Shown piece after piece: positions 38,401 through 47,751 of a stretch of DNA of 64,000 nt. Source of the DNA: an uncultured Planctomycetota bacterium. Its GTDB lineage: Bacteria > Planctomycetota > CAZGEP01. Below the pieces are notes generated by a model. The model was not told the origin of the DNA. It ran no database searches and worked only from the letters and a program-made list of their open reading frames with translations. Location: NCBI GenBank assembly GCA_964524955.1, contig CAZGEP010000003.1, positions 15 through 64,014 on the forward strand. The letters run 5' to 3'. Each line of letters begins with the position of its first letter. The stretch's first letter is position 1. The position numbers were made by a program, and so were the translations under genes.

Positions 38401-41400
38401 TGTTAAAAATATAGCTGATAGTTACCGACTAAACTTGTCTGACTCCGAATTAAGGGAGACATTGGAGTTTGCTATTACTGAGAGGTTCCGGGATATCGGA
38501 ATGAACCGACTCCGGGATGTTGATAAGAGGTTTAATGATGTTGTCAATTTCTACATAGCACAGCCCAGCCTGGGTAAACTTACCAGTGAGGCGAAGTCCA
38601 AGCAGCAGTACAGCACTCCGGCACCGCTGGCCTTTTCGATGAATGAATATCTTAATGGATCTTCGATAAGAAGCATTTTTGATACAGCAGCCGGGAATGG
38701 GATGCTGCTTGTATTCTCTGATGGTAGAGGTAAATCATTTACCCTGGACCGTGGATATAATAGTGGGATCTACGCCAATGAGATATCTGAATCCAGAGTA
38801 AGGAATTTAAAGGAATTGGGATTTGAGGTGTATAATAGCGATGCGTCTAAACCGGTAAGCGAAACTGGTTATAGTTGGGGAATAGGACATGCTGATGCAT
38901 TGGCATTAAATCCTCCTTTTGGAACAATACCCCAGGAGAGTATTGATGGGTACAAAATCAAAAAGCTGGAACATAAGATCATCATGAATTCCATGCCTCT
39001 GATGAATGATACCGGCAAGGCAGCTATTATTGTTGGAGAACATATGACCGTGGATGAGGATGGATATATTACCGGTGATGAGAAATATTTCTATAACTGG
39101 TTATCCAAAAATTACAATGTTGATGGTGTTATTAATATTGATAGTGGCCTATATAGTAAGATGGGTACATCGTTTCCCGTTCGTGCGATCCTTATTAACG
39201 GAAGAAAGCCGGTTCCCGAGTCCCAGGCGTTAAGATTCAAAGAAGAAGATCTAAAACCAAAAGTTACCTGGCCGGAGGTTTATGAGACGATAAAATCTAT
39301 AAAATCAGATCCAAATGAAAGCAATGTATTACGACCCAGCGTGGATGATATCGGAAGAACTGATACTTCTGTTCGCCCTGAACCACCGGCTGAGGAAACC
39401 TCCGAAAAGCCCACAGGAGATAGTACCGTACCTGTACCCGAAGGTGGACAACCTGGTGAGGGAATGGAGGAACAAAGACCAGATGCCACTGGTGGAGGTG
39501 TACCAGGAAACGTTCCCCCATCTGTATCACCGAAAAGAGGACGAACTGGCACCGAAACTGGTTCAATCACCGGAACTACAGGGGGCGTTGAGGGAAGCGT
39601 ACCATCGCCGGGAACCCAACCTACCGAAACCAATGTCGGAGAAACAGGTGTACCGCCTATTGAACGCAGCGACAATGCAGGGGTATCTACACGCTCTGAG
39701 AGAACTAAACGACTATCGGAACGCATCGCAGGAGGTGTAGAGAAATATCGCCCCATATCATCCGGCCCATCGGGAGAGACCGTCTTACCATCCTCTCAGG
39801 CTAATGAGATGGAGGATGCATTATTACAACTGAAAGATGAGATTGGCAATTTTGATGAATATGTCCGGGATAAGCTGGGCTATGACACAATATCAGATCT
39901 TCATAAAGGATGTTTTGCCGAACAGGTAGATGGTATTGCATTGGCGATCTATAATATTGAGAATGGAGAAGGAATGATCATAGGTGATCAGACCGGCGTT
40001 GGTAAAGGAGGGGTTGCAGCTGGTGTATTGACGTATGCTCATAAGCAGGGATTGAAGCCTATCTTCATAACCAAGGACGCCACACTATATACGGATATCT
40101 ACAGGGATTTCAATCGGATGGGTAAAGGAGATCTTAAACCGTTTATAATGAACGCTAAGTTTCCTAATGGGCAAAAGACCACTATAACGGATCCTGATGG
40201 GAAAGTATTATATGAGGCTGATCCTGCAGTATTAAGTAAGGCGTTACAAGAAGGTAATATTCCGGAGGAGTATGATCTGATGGTGATGTCTTATTCGCAG
40301 ATAAATACAGACAGAACAATAGGTGCTGCAGCAAGGAGGCAGTTATTTACCAATCTGGCCAGGGGGAATATTGTTGTGTTGGATGAGAGTCATCTGGCAT
40401 CCGGACAAAGTAATACTGGTATATTCCTTCGGGAAACGCTTCAAGACGCAAAAGGGGCTGTATTTCTCTCAGCTACATATGCAAAGAGACCTGATAACCT
40501 GGCTTTATATTCTGCCAAGACGGTTATGAGAGAGGCCGGTCTTACCGATGAGGAGCTGTCTGAGGTAATCAAAGCCGGCGGTCCTGCTTTAATGGAGATT
40601 ATATCAGGTCAGCTGGTGGAGTCCATGCAGTTTATTCGTAGGGAACGTAGCATGGAGGGGATCCCCAACAATTGGATAGTGTATGGAGAGGATCCGGCTA
40701 CCGGGAAACGCCTTTCCCATGGCGAGGAGATGGTTCGTAAATACGATCAGATTACTGAGGTTGTTCGGGATATCATTGATTTTCAGGATATGTTCGTGAA
40801 TCCGGTAATCAAGGAGATGAAAAAACAAGCGAAACAGCAGAATAAAGAGGTTAAAGAAAGAGGAGGTACCTCCCGGATGGGGGTTAATAATACTCCATAT
40901 TTCAGTAAGGTGTATAATGTTATTCAACAGCTGCTGTTTGCCATCAAGGCTCCATATGTTGTGGAGGATTCTATGAGAGATCTTGCCAAAGGCAGAAAAC
41001 CGTTTATTGCCTTTACAAATACCATGGAGGCTATGTTAAAGGATATGCTTGACCAGGGTCTTGTGGAAATGAATACAGAGATATCAACTGATTTTGCTTA
41101 TGTATTGGAGAAAGGGTTGAAAGGAACGCTTACCTATACAGAAACCAGCGAGGAGGGGATCCCTTCTAAAGAGGAGTTTGATCCCAGCGATTTGGGAGAG
41201 AATGGACAAAGGACATATTATAACCTGGTTGACCGTATTAAAGAGATGACTTCGGGGATCCCGATCAGTCCCATTGATGTTATGAGGACTAAGTTCGAGG
41301 AACAAGGAGTGACCTTTTTGGAGGTTACCGGTCGAGGGGTGATGATTGAATATACTACTCCGGACTTTTCAAAAGGAAAGATTGTAACCAGGAAAAAAGA

Positions 41401-44400
41401 CAACAAGACGGATATTGTTCGCAAGTATAACAATACTCCGAATACTGTTATTGCTGGTAATACTGCCATATCAACCGGGCTGTCAGCACATTCATCAATT
41501 GATTTTAAGGATCAGTCTGTCAGGGTAGGAAAGATGATGCAGCCGAATCCGGAGATCAATACATACATGCAGACCCTGGGACGGATTAACAGGGCAGGAC
41601 AAGTTAATCTGCCTATCTTCGATCATATCAGTTCGGTGATCCCGGCCGAGAAACGCCTGATGATGATGACTAAGCAGAAGTTGGGATTATTGGATGCCTC
41701 AACTACCAGTAATCAGAAGCAGAGTGATGATCGTTTATCTATCGTTGATTTCTTTAATAAGTATGGCGATCAGGTCATTGAGGAGTATCTGATGGATAAT
41801 CCGGAGGTTAACAGGATGATCGGGGATCCATTGGGATTGCTGGATGATTCTAAAGAGCCGCCTGCAGAACCACATCGCAAGGTTACTAATGAAATAAGCA
41901 TCGTTCCGACAAAGGTTCAGGAGTCTTTTTATGAAGATATTATAAACAGGTATAAGACATTAATGGACTTTCTGAATTCCCAGGATATGAATGACCTGGA
42001 GGTTAAGACCATGGATATTAAGGCCGAATCAATTTCCAAGGATCTGATTGTCCAGGGCCGTGGTGGGCGTAGTCGTCTGGGTGATGATAGTCATATAGAG
42101 ATCATGGAGATCAATTCTCTAAGAAAGCCAATGAACATCGAAGAGATCAATAATAATGTGCAGAAAGAACTTGCCGGTCGTACAGGGAGGGATTATGTGT
42201 CAGATCTGTATGATAAGTTTCGTAAAGGGGCACAGGAGAAAGTGGATCAGAGGCTGAAAGACATGAATGATCATTATGACGTCAAAATAAAGGATGAACA
42301 TGATCTGTATGAGAAAAAAGTCAGAGAGGGAAAGGATGAGCTGGACGCCAGGAGAAAAAGAGATGAGAATATAGAGAGGATCGAGGACACACGGAAGGCC
42401 AGGCATGATGGGTTAGTTGACATTCATACCTATAACGTAGGATTTGTAAAAAATACGTTGCAGTATTTTATACCGGGAGAAGTATATGAGGTGCCTTTTA
42501 ATAGTAACAAGGGATCTATTACCAGGATGAACAAGGGAGTGGTTATTGGATATGAGTTTAATGATAAAGTTGAGAACCCGTATGTGCTGAGTAACTTAAA
42601 GATCAAGTTTGCTACACAGGATTCACGCAGGGCGTTTTCAGTTCCTTTAAGTAAGAACCAATATATCAATACTATTAAGTCAAGCAGTATGTCGCTGACT
42701 GAAGGGGAGAAAGAGTCTACCAAGCAGGAATGGAATACAATGTCCAGTGGCAAGGCCCGGGTAAAAAGGTTTATTGTTACCGGGAATATCCTACAGGCGT
42801 TTGCCAGTCATAAGGGGCAGCTGATTGAGTTCACCATGAAAAATGGGTCTGTTAAGAAGGGAATTCTGATGCCAGAGAATTTTGATTATAAACCTTCTGA
42901 GGGGGTGACTATTGGTATTAAGGATGCTGCCAATGTTATTAAGGCCCTGGCAGAGGGTGATTTTGTGGAGACTACCGATGGGAGAGTGAGTATTCACAGG
43001 GGAGTATCCTGGTCAATGAATAGATACACCAGTCCGGGAGAGATTTATTATACTGTTAAGGTGCCATCCAGTAGGGATAAAGGAAGAAAATACTGGGATC
43101 CGGCAATCAGTGATCTGCCGGAGTTGATGAACAGAGGAGAATTTTCTGATACCCAGGGGAAGATGGTTGGGATATTTACCGAACAGACAATGCAGGATGT
43201 TCTGGATGAACTGGATAAGCACCGTCTTACCATTATAACCAAAAATCATAACGTATCACGGAGTCAGCCTAATTCAGCAGAGGTGCATTTCGGACAGACC
43301 TCCGTTGTTAAAGAACGCCATGAGGACATCGAGGAGGTGATGGAGGATGCTGATCAGAAAGAGAGGGAGAAGAATCAGAAGATCGTTATGAATGATACTG
43401 GTATGACGGATCGTATTGCCCCGGCTCCGATATCAGGGAAACAGCCTAAAAAGCTATGGGAGATCCAGGCAGAGATACCTAAGAAATTCAATCGACCGGT
43501 ACGTTATGGACAGCCACGGAGTAGGAAGGCTGCCGGGACATATTCTCCCGGGGAAGGTCTTATAACTTTGAAATATAATGGCGATCTGGACGTGACGGCA
43601 CATGAATTGGGTCATTTGACTGATGATTTATTCGGTCTGGTTAGCCCGGAGTTCAGGTATAGATTTCCGGATTTTCAAGATGAATTGGATAAATTGTCAC
43701 AATGGGGTAGCAAACCAGATAAGAATGCTCCCAAAGAACAGCAGGAGATGTATAAGAGGGCTGAGGGAGTGGCAGAGTACCTTCGTGCATGGATGATCAA
43801 TCCTACAGAGACCGAAGCTCAGTACCCGAGATTTACCGAATGGTTTAAGGATAGAGTTGATGATGAGATGCTGGATATCATACGTGAGTTTGGTGATGAT
43901 ATACGTGCCTGGGTAGGATCAACCAATATGGAAAAGGTAGGGGCCAATGTGGGTAGTAAACTTGAAGATAAACATTTTCAGCCTATATGGGCCAGGATAT
44001 TTGCTCAATCAGAAGGTAATCCGTTAGGGATGAGATGGAGATGGAGCGATAAGTTTATATGGGGATGGAGTAATGACCAGTGGCCATGGATGAAGGCTGC
44101 CATTGAGGCAATGAAGGTTAAAGGTTTAGCCAAAGGGCCGGTATCAGCATGGAATCCAGAGAACATGCGTCCAAGTGAGAATCCATTATATGTTGGATCT
44201 TTACTGCCTGGACATACTGAGAAGGTAGTTAGGATGATGACAGATGGTATTAGCATGCCTAATGGGAATGTTCTCTATGATACACAATCGCCAGATAAAA
44301 CCAGGTCCAGGTTAACAGTAAGGTTTATAATGGAACCACTGGATAAGACTGATCAGAAAACTTTTATTAAGGCATATAATGATGCCGTGAGGTTTATGGT

Positions 44401-46846
44401 GGCAGAGAGGGCTATTGAGTACCCCTGGAAGATGGAGGATAAGCAGATGCGGTTGGACCTTGAACAGTTTGAAGATAAACTGCCTCCCATGGAGGTACTG
44501 GATCGCCATCCACATGTGCGTAAACGTTATCAGGGGAAGATTGAGAAAATTCTTAATTGGGCATTGGAGAATGATATTTCGGAAAGTGAACTATTCTTAC
44601 CTATCAAGAGATATACCCGATTTGAAAATGATATATCCACGGGTATTGGTGCAGGTATTTTTACGGACCTTGAAGTTGCAAAAGGGGCTTATGAGGAAGT
44701 TAAAGCGGACCCGGCCAAATTTGAAATGTATAATGAGTTTGCTCGTAGGTATCGGGCATACGGAGATGGGGTTATGCTGTACGCCATGCAAAGTGGTTTA
44801 ATTAAAGCAGAGGCATATGAGTTTATCAAGGAGACCAACTTGTCATATGTAATGCTGCAGAGAATGATGAATACAGATCCAACAGAGATTGTCATGGATA
44901 TTAAGGGTTCTCATAAGGCTCCAGATAATTTAGGTGGCGGTGATGCTATTGGTCTTATAAATGATCCATCATGGACTCATGCTTTTACAGGCAGCTCTAA
45001 GGGGATCAAAGATCCGGTGGATCAGATTATGAACGCCTTATATAATACGGTGCAGAATGGTGATAAAAATCACTTCATGGCGATATTTACTGATTTGTTT
45101 AAGTCCACCAGGAGTATGTATGATCCACAGCATAACGCCTTATCAGACCTGGGCCGCCGGGTACCATATAAGACGAAAAACTCAGTAAGTCTTAAAAGGC
45201 TGGGATATGAGGAACATTGGGAGTTTGATCCGGTGGTAAAAAAAGCTCTTACCGAGACGGTTAAGAGTATTCCTATTCCTGTGTTAAAGCAATTTGCTGA
45301 TGTATTTCGTTATGGAATTGTCAACAACGTGGTGTTCGCAATCAGGAATGTTCAGCGAGATACTCCATGGAACTGGATCCTTAATCCTCATCCATATAAG
45401 TTGAGGCATTGGGGAGATCCTAAGCAGCAGAAATTTGCATCGGAGTCAGTGGATCGCATGGGAGGTGGTCAGTTTGGTTGGTATATGACTACCCAGACTC
45501 AGTATTATGGGTTGATGCATAAGGTGATGATTGATTTGTTGGAGAATAAGAATAACTTAATCCTTGATCCCAGATATATAAAAACATCATTGTGGGATAA
45601 GGGATATATGGAAATGCTTAAATTTTTTGAACGCTGGCCCAGGTTAGCTACTTTCAGTTCTTCATTCGATTGGATGAAAAAGAAAGGGAAAACTAAAAAG
45701 GGAGATAAGTATACCGATAAGGATGCGATGATCTATGGTGCAGTAAAAGCTCGAAAGACAATGGATTATCATGTGGCCGGGCATTATATTAGGCAGATCA
45801 TGACTAATACGCCATTTCTAAACCCGAAGATCCGTGGTCTGGTCAGGAGTGTATGGGCTGTTAGATCAGGTTCATATGGTATCTTTTTAAGGCTGGGTAT
45901 TTTATCGCTCATTGGAACTGCTTTACAGACGGCGTTAATATTGGCTACAAAGAATAAATCAGACATGTTGAAGGAGTATAAGCAGTTTAAGCCGTGGCGT
46001 AGAGATTTGTTTTATAACTTCCCAACCCCGGGAGGTGGATGGATCACGATTCCCAGGGCTTTTGATTTGGGGATATTAACAAGTGCCATGCAAAGGGGGG
46101 CTGATAAACTCATGCTGGGGGATGATCGTGCTTTTGAGAATTATATTGGTAGAACGTTATTCAACCTGGTTATGCCATTTCAGTTCACCGATATGACATC
46201 GGCTGTATCAGGACCTGTGATTGTGGCTACCGGAAAAGATTACTTCCGGGATAGATATGTAATACCGCCTGATGAACAGAAGACTGATATAAGAACTCGT
46301 GATACAGACCGTGCCAGTCAGTTTGGGAAAGATGTACAGGACGTTACTGGAAGGTTAAATGAGAAGTTGGGGGGCCAGCAGAAACCCTGGTTTGATGCCA
46401 GGATGATTGATGCGTTCATACAGGCTCAGTTTGGATATTATGGAAAGCAGGGATTGGATGCGTATCAGGATATTCATGGAAAAGATGATGATAGCTACTT
46501 TGGGTTTGATTGGTCAGATACCGGTCAGTTTAAATACTCTAATGTCTACCAGGCCAAAGATGTTCAGTATGTGATTGAAGAGGCTCAAAAGTGGCCACAC
46601 CTATACCGGGATCCCGGGTATCGTGCTTTCAAAGATCAGGTATCTAATTATTTCGAGACAGATAAAGGTTCAAGGCAAAGAACCAATGCCGGTGTTGAAT
46701 TGATGGATTACGCCACCAATTTAAGATCGCAATGGGAAGAAAGAGATATGTTTGAGGAGTGGCAGGAGATTCAGAATAAAGAATCTGATGGAAAGATCAC
46801 TTTTGGGAATCAGGGGGAAATAGGGCCAACGAAGAAGTTTGATTGA
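32495..46846 (+). CDS. giant polyvalent protein (4783 aa): N6-adenine-MTase-like + SNF2/DEAD-like helicase + HExxH zincin domains; DarB-like anti-restriction/ejection candidate
   Basis: Uninterrupted 14,352-nt ORF. MTase motif I IFDTAAGNGMLL (~aa 2062) and motif IV LNPPFG (nt 38906-38923). Helicase motif I IIGDQTGVGKGG (~nt 39985-40010), motif II VVLDESH (nt ~40372-40392), motif VI QTLGRINRAGQ (~nt 41570-41601). Zincin HELGH (nt 43601-43615). K/E-rich N-terminal ~2000 aa with Gly-rich hydrophobic segments; Pro/Gly/Thr linker at aa ~2290-2400; TM-like helix near aa ~4490. Confidence 0.75.
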   Translation: MKEEEKINTDPQSQIEGEEKEKTQSKPKDNGVDTGVQPKVNMARDRYLRAKNALYSNKEFKRMDDEGKLERLGKFYDVHGVPYVKSAGVSDPEKINEFKDKFLEKESAGFKSKKKEGFDLSEEDVEEEKWHRPDYLEADLDAVPSNYNPIDVIKPVIDDFEVENDELYRETMAEKKAEEQAEAEQKEENVHQAVTDITQSDQFKYVNDNPEGFLFNLNLGEGKNIIKHLRKEGYEKDVARAALNQLRNASSNKLVSNNLRNLSAEFGTYQNLLDHAEEQGMPFTEGYQPGTFLDPETGERREPQTDEEADYVGRMEGFMNNVSDEQKVEDLFMDAYAKYDYWDKRVSSMEARKDDPSIGTDYSQKAYFEAYRQRKDAEAEFQAASLMHLKNVGPANIEKDKDFKLGVFASSFTESMLGENLAAMDDNSQREMLNKMVEIGQKEFKLTEEEMDALSVDFYEGAASLGGMLMPEVPSLLLMGGTANILKSLAYTKRMQQGYKIIRNTVRTDKVKNVGKKVKAAKQVISYNDPIPTGWEVIKKVPSTGGMKLLGYGSDILINEAVFTGVGGFAPGTISGMHAAHWVLPNLRIGGKYGAILQPYMDMVYKSGFGATVGMEAGGMSASAVDDLMGNSEFKEYWQQQYGDFSEAGQRVLAEVAVNSLVFGGMHLYTTNSRKVLNNPIGNGNSVAYLSPKYRKRVYETAREADRLGYTDLAKDLDNWLDIAKQPVTGEEVRNQKITELTNLSKIMPDQTLKGTLRNIDVSLQALDALRNHPMYEKGNIFKKQELWPITIRYRNNEVVSIKTAKEEAPPVKGEGFIIIDAKKDMPGGVIVRDPFQANLMMEELLLQRKVFEHEVGVRKASGKFGQEKVSTTSKEPTLSELPEGSNLPVYPDQTIAVKGDPKGGEKVAFKDNRFGIPSEVSKRTPKQLADEYQRQRSKVEEQTKGMEDEITEMEETRKEQFKGRIVDIQQRKERDEADEAISMKRQEVDKLKGSLNKEWQDVISAVQGGVKDRLKNVVPEEDLEESSAAVYDEVFAERNADRFGDMPYEEAVEEIIGEVEETYNRPVVKEPTDKLVDSYIAYEISQLEKQAEEYPDQAEGFLQDIKDLKNDPVEYFRDVSELYKDEPLNPYKIEVDAVLGHLESKPKHEGKPIESKPKEKKVPPPEHTEDVRWTLENETDPKKVKVLHDELISRNEERLEPWQWDLLSYKIDPNSFNRFADRNEVGMNLARNWFAKKGETGYATHEKLDVIAQEIGIEVQDAVDFIIANPVKRKAAENPDIADLARKYREMTGQPISKAEVEEKGDTTPISSTVENIMELENISSLADLEAKKGMFEGFPFVKEEYDAVKKHLESQEEKPKDEPSKPGVSKFDMLQSITPKQMEAPEGEFPFNHPARSILVGETMDHFNMDPDIPLGENMVENENDLAQLRTLADRMEEFAVLNMEEASEGTGEYKGINPVERKDYADKWARIAEWTKRYQLELDDWFDEKFDEKKKPEVEKSTIKKPESSETRERDDLDDDLDALSSLIDGIDKPFGAPGASATDPAQEIEINKAANRVIAKLIEKGDYRLPSIMSKLADRLEQVRLEAMFPYIKGQYGSYFTERATAKEAEQMDIMEARNFQKSDIEKLYQEKHKPEKVESGVDPQTYVGKRYHIPNAKEKNLQHIEILRVEEWDDVDQAELKYGGPLFREKPEGQKILVAVYNDLSRLGYGKEGVPVDQLEKLIKAGEATELPPFENLDDWKHEMGVLADLELRIGNVERAKKIQDKIEKGPTIQDQVNIIDGQPEWKRTVENAQASARNRLKAAKIHSGEVILKPNDRPLKDVSEEGIVMALDEGRKQPIGAFLKNADPELFDKFVELQKESAWVQQQSGTNPQMAEENYALADYVSYFNMLNAPGNGDIMAYQQKAKDLNYKDFDQKRYDYVKKIYKEGIQAYEQHINRKKNFLTRQKIKNMMINGERVDFKTVKNIADSYRLNLSDSELRETLEFAITERFRDIGMNRLRDVDKRFNDVVNFYIAQPSLGKLTSEAKSKQQYSTPAPLAFSMNEYLNGSSIRSIFDTAAGNGMLLVFSDGRGKSFTLDRGYNSGIYANEISESRVRNLKELGFEVYNSDASKPVSETGYSWGIGHADALALNPPFGTIPQESIDGYKIKKLEHKIIMNSMPLMNDTGKAAIIVGEHMTVDEDGYITGDEKYFYNWLSKNYNVDGVINIDSGLYSKMGTSFPVRAILINGRKPVPESQALRFKEEDLKPKVTWPEVYETIKSIKSDPNESNVLRPSVDDIGRTDTSVRPEPPAEETSEKPTGDSTVPVPEGGQPGEGMEEQRPDATGGGVPGNVPPSVSPKRGRTGTETGSITGTTGGVEGSVPSPGTQPTETNVGETGVPPIERSDNAGVSTRSERTKRLSERIAGGVEKYRPISSGPSGETVLPSSQANEMEDALLQLKDEIGNFDEYVRDKLGYDTISDLHKGCFAEQVDGIALAIYNIENGEGMIIGDQTGVGKGGVAAGVLTYAHKQGLKPIFITKDATLYTDIYRDFNRMGKGDLKPFIMNAKFPNGQKTTITDPDGKVLYEADPAVLSKALQEGNIPEEYDLMVMSYSQINTDRTIGAAARRQLFTNLARGNIVVLDESHLASGQSNTGIFLRETLQDAKGAVFLSATYAKRPDNLALYSAKTVMREAGLTDEELSEVIKAGGPALMEIISGQLVESMQFIRRERSMEGIPNNWIVYGEDPATGKRLSHGEEMVRKYDQITEVVRDIIDFQDMFVNPVIKEMKKQAKQQNKEVKERGGTSRMGVNNTPYFSKVYNVIQQLLFAIKAPYVVEDSMRDLAKGRKPFIAFTNTMEAMLKDMLDQGLVEMNTEISTDFAYVLEKGLKGTLTYTETSEEGIPSKEEFDPSDLGENGQRTYYNLVDRIKEMTSGIPISPIDVMRTKFEEQGVTFLEVTGRGVMIEYTTPDFSKGKIVTRKKDNKTDIVRKYNNTPNTVIAGNTAISTGLSAHSSIDFKDQSVRVGKMMQPNPEINTYMQTLGRINRAGQVNLPIFDHISSVIPAEKRLMMMTKQKLGLLDASTTSNQKQSDDRLSIVDFFNKYGDQVIEEYLMDNPEVNRMIGDPLGLLDDSKEPPAEPHRKVTNEISIVPTKVQESFYEDIINRYKTLMDFLNSQDMNDLEVKTMDIKAESISKDLIVQGRGGRSRLGDDSHIEIMEINSLRKPMNIEEINNNVQKELAGRTGRDYVSDLYDKFRKGAQEKVDQRLKDMNDHYDVKIKDEHDLYEKKVREGKDELDARRKRDENIERIEDTRKARHDGLVDIHTYNVGFVKNTLQYFIPGEVYEVPFNSNKGSITRMNKGVVIGYEFNDKVENPYVLSNLKIKFATQDSRRAFSVPLSKNQYINTIKSSSMSLTEGEKESTKQEWNTMSSGKARVKRFIVTGNILQAFASHKGQLIEFTMKNGSVKKGILMPENFDYKPSEGVTIGIKDAANVIKALAEGDFVETTDGRVSIHRGVSWSMNRYTSPGEIYYTVKVPSSRDKGRKYWDPAISDLPELMNRGEFSDTQGKMVGIFTEQTMQDVLDELDKHRLTIITKNHNVSRSQPNSAEVHFGQTSVVKERHEDIEEVMEDADQKEREKNQKIVMNDTGMTDRIAPAPISGKQPKKLWEIQAEIPKKFNRPVRYGQPRSRKAAGTYSPGEGLITLKYNGDLDVTAHELGHLTDDLFGLVSPEFRYRFPDFQDELDKLSQWGSKPDKNAPKEQQEMYKRAEGVAEYLRAWMINPTETEAQYPRFTEWFKDRVDDEMLDIIREFGDDIRAWVGSTNMEKVGANVGSKLEDKHFQPIWARIFAQSEGNPLGMRWRWSDKFIWGWSNDQWPWMKAAIEAMKVKGLAKGPVSAWNPENMRPSENPLYVGSLLPGHTEKVVRMMTDGISMPNGNVLYDTQSPDKTRSRLTVRFIMEPLDKTDQKTFIKAYNDAVRFMVAERAIEYPWKMEDKQMRLDLEQFEDKLPPMEVLDRHPHVRKRYQGKIEKILNWALENDISESELFLPIKRYTRFENDISTGIGAGIFTDLEVAKGAYEEVKADPAKFEMYNEFARRYRAYGDGVMLYAMQSGLIKAEAYEFIKETNLSYVMLQRMMNTDPTEIVMDIKGSHKAPDNLGGGDAIGLINDPSWTHAFTGSSKGIKDPVDQIMNALYNTVQNGDKNHFMAIFTDLFKSTRSMYDPQHNALSDLGRRVPYKTKNSVSLKRLGYEEHWEFDPVVKKALTETVKSIPIPVLKQFADVFRYGIVNNVVFAIRNVQRDTPWNWILNPHPYKLRHWGDPKQQKFASESVDRMGGGQFGWYMTTQTQYYGLMHKVMIDLLENKNNLILDPRYIKTSLWDKGYMEMLKFFERWPRLATFSSSFDWMKKKGKTKKGDKYTDKDAMIYGAVKARKTMDYHVAGHYIRQIMTNTPFLNPKIRGLVRSVWAVRSGSYGIFLRLGILSLIGTALQTALILATKNKSDMLKEYKQFKPWRRDLFYNFPTPGGGWITIPRAFDLGILTSAMQRGADKLMLGDDRAFENYIGRTLFNLVMPFQFTDMTSAVSGPVIVATGKDYFRDRYVIPPDEQKTDIRTRDTDRASQFGKDVQDVTGRLNEKLGGQQKPWFDARMIDAFIQAQFGYYGKQGLDAYQDIHGKDDDSYFGFDWSDTGQFKYSNVYQAKDVQYVIEEAQKWPHLYRDPGYRAFKDQVSNYFETDKGSRQRTNAGVELMDYATNLRSQWEERDMFEEWQEIQNKESDGKITFGNQGEIGPTKKFD
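32830..32839 (+). repeat. A10 homopolymer inside the giant ORF
   Basis: tcaaaaaaaaaagaggg at codon ~112-115 (KSKKKEG). Confidence 0.9.
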
Positions 46847-46908
46847 TGTTTATAATTTATCATTGCCCTGTAATGAGTTATTGAGTATATTACTTAAAAT
46901 TAGAAGCT

Positions 46909-47214
46909 ATGACAAGAGCAAAAATGAATGTAAGTGCAAACGGTATGGGGATTCCTGCATTGATGCCTAAAAATGGTGGAGGAGGAACAGAGGCCGTTGC
47001 TGCTGGAAACGCATCTTCTGTATTTACCAGCAATGTTGTTCGGATATTATTTTCGTCCGGATCCCCCAGGATCAGATTTGGACCCAATCCTACTACCGCT
47101 GATGCCACTGATATATTGGTGTCTGATGGTATGGTTGAGTATTTTAGCGTTAATGTAGGGGATAAGCTATATGTTACCGGTGGGAATATTGAAGTGACAA
47201 ATTTTGAAGTATAA
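46909..47214 (+). CDS. hypothetical small protein (101 aa), Gly-rich N-terminus
   Basis: ORF on the + strand in operon context; the longer antisense ORF 46890..47405 is considered a shadow. Confidence 0.4.
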   Translation: MTRAKMNVSANGMGIPALMPKNGGGGTEAVAAGNASSVFTSNVVRILFSSGSPRIRFGPNPTTADATDILVSDGMVEYFSVNVGDKLYVTGGNIEVTNFEV

Positions 47215-47217
47215 GTT

Positions 47218-47733
47218 ATGCTTGTAGGAAACGCAGGTACATTAGGAGTGTTAAGTTGGTCCGCTATGAATGGGATCAAGAGATACCTCGAAGAAGTTAT
47301 GTCAGCCTTCTGGTATAAAGTAGACGGTACAGATATGATTGACATGCTTGAAGGCGATCCCTTAACGTTATCAGCTGATCCAGGGACTACATATATCCCG
47401 GCCACCTATGCAGGAACGATTACTGCACCTGATGTTGCCGGTCTGAAAACTGCTGATGTAAATAATGTATTGTTTGATGCAGGTGGAACTCCCCGGGCAT
47501 TATCTGTAAGTGATTTTATTGATGCTGATTTAGAAAGAATACCTGTTCAATATGATGATGACGCTCCACATCATATTCGTGCAATAGGTCTTATTGATGA
47601 TACTGTGTATGCCGGTCTGACTACAATTGATAAAAAGAAAATAAGTAACTACATGAACCTATGGGTATTGTATTGGGATAATTATCTTGATGCAGGTAGT
47701 TTTGAAAAAGAAAATAGAACGTGGGATGATTGA
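47218..47733 (+). CDS. hypothetical protein (171 aa)
   Basis: Tightly follows the previous gene. Confidence 0.4.
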   Translation: MLVGNAGTLGVLSWSAMNGIKRYLEEVMSAFWYKVDGTDMIDMLEGDPLTLSADPGTTYIPATYAGTITAPDVAGLKTADVNNVLFDAGGTPRALSVSDFIDADLERIPVQYDDDAPHHIRAIGLIDDTVYAGLTTIDKKKISNYMNLWVLYWDNYLDAGSFEKENRTWDD

Positions 47734-47751
47734 TCCCCTAAATAAAACACA

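Noticed and set aside
32495-46846. Giant protein as a crAss-like virion RNA polymerase
   Set aside because: Searched the translation for DxDGD catalytic motifs of two-barrel RNAPs and found none; MTase, helicase and zincin motifs are present instead.
46890-47405. 171-aa minus-strand ORF antisense to 46909..47733
   Set aside because: Spans two well-packed + strand genes in an all-plus operon; shadow ORF.
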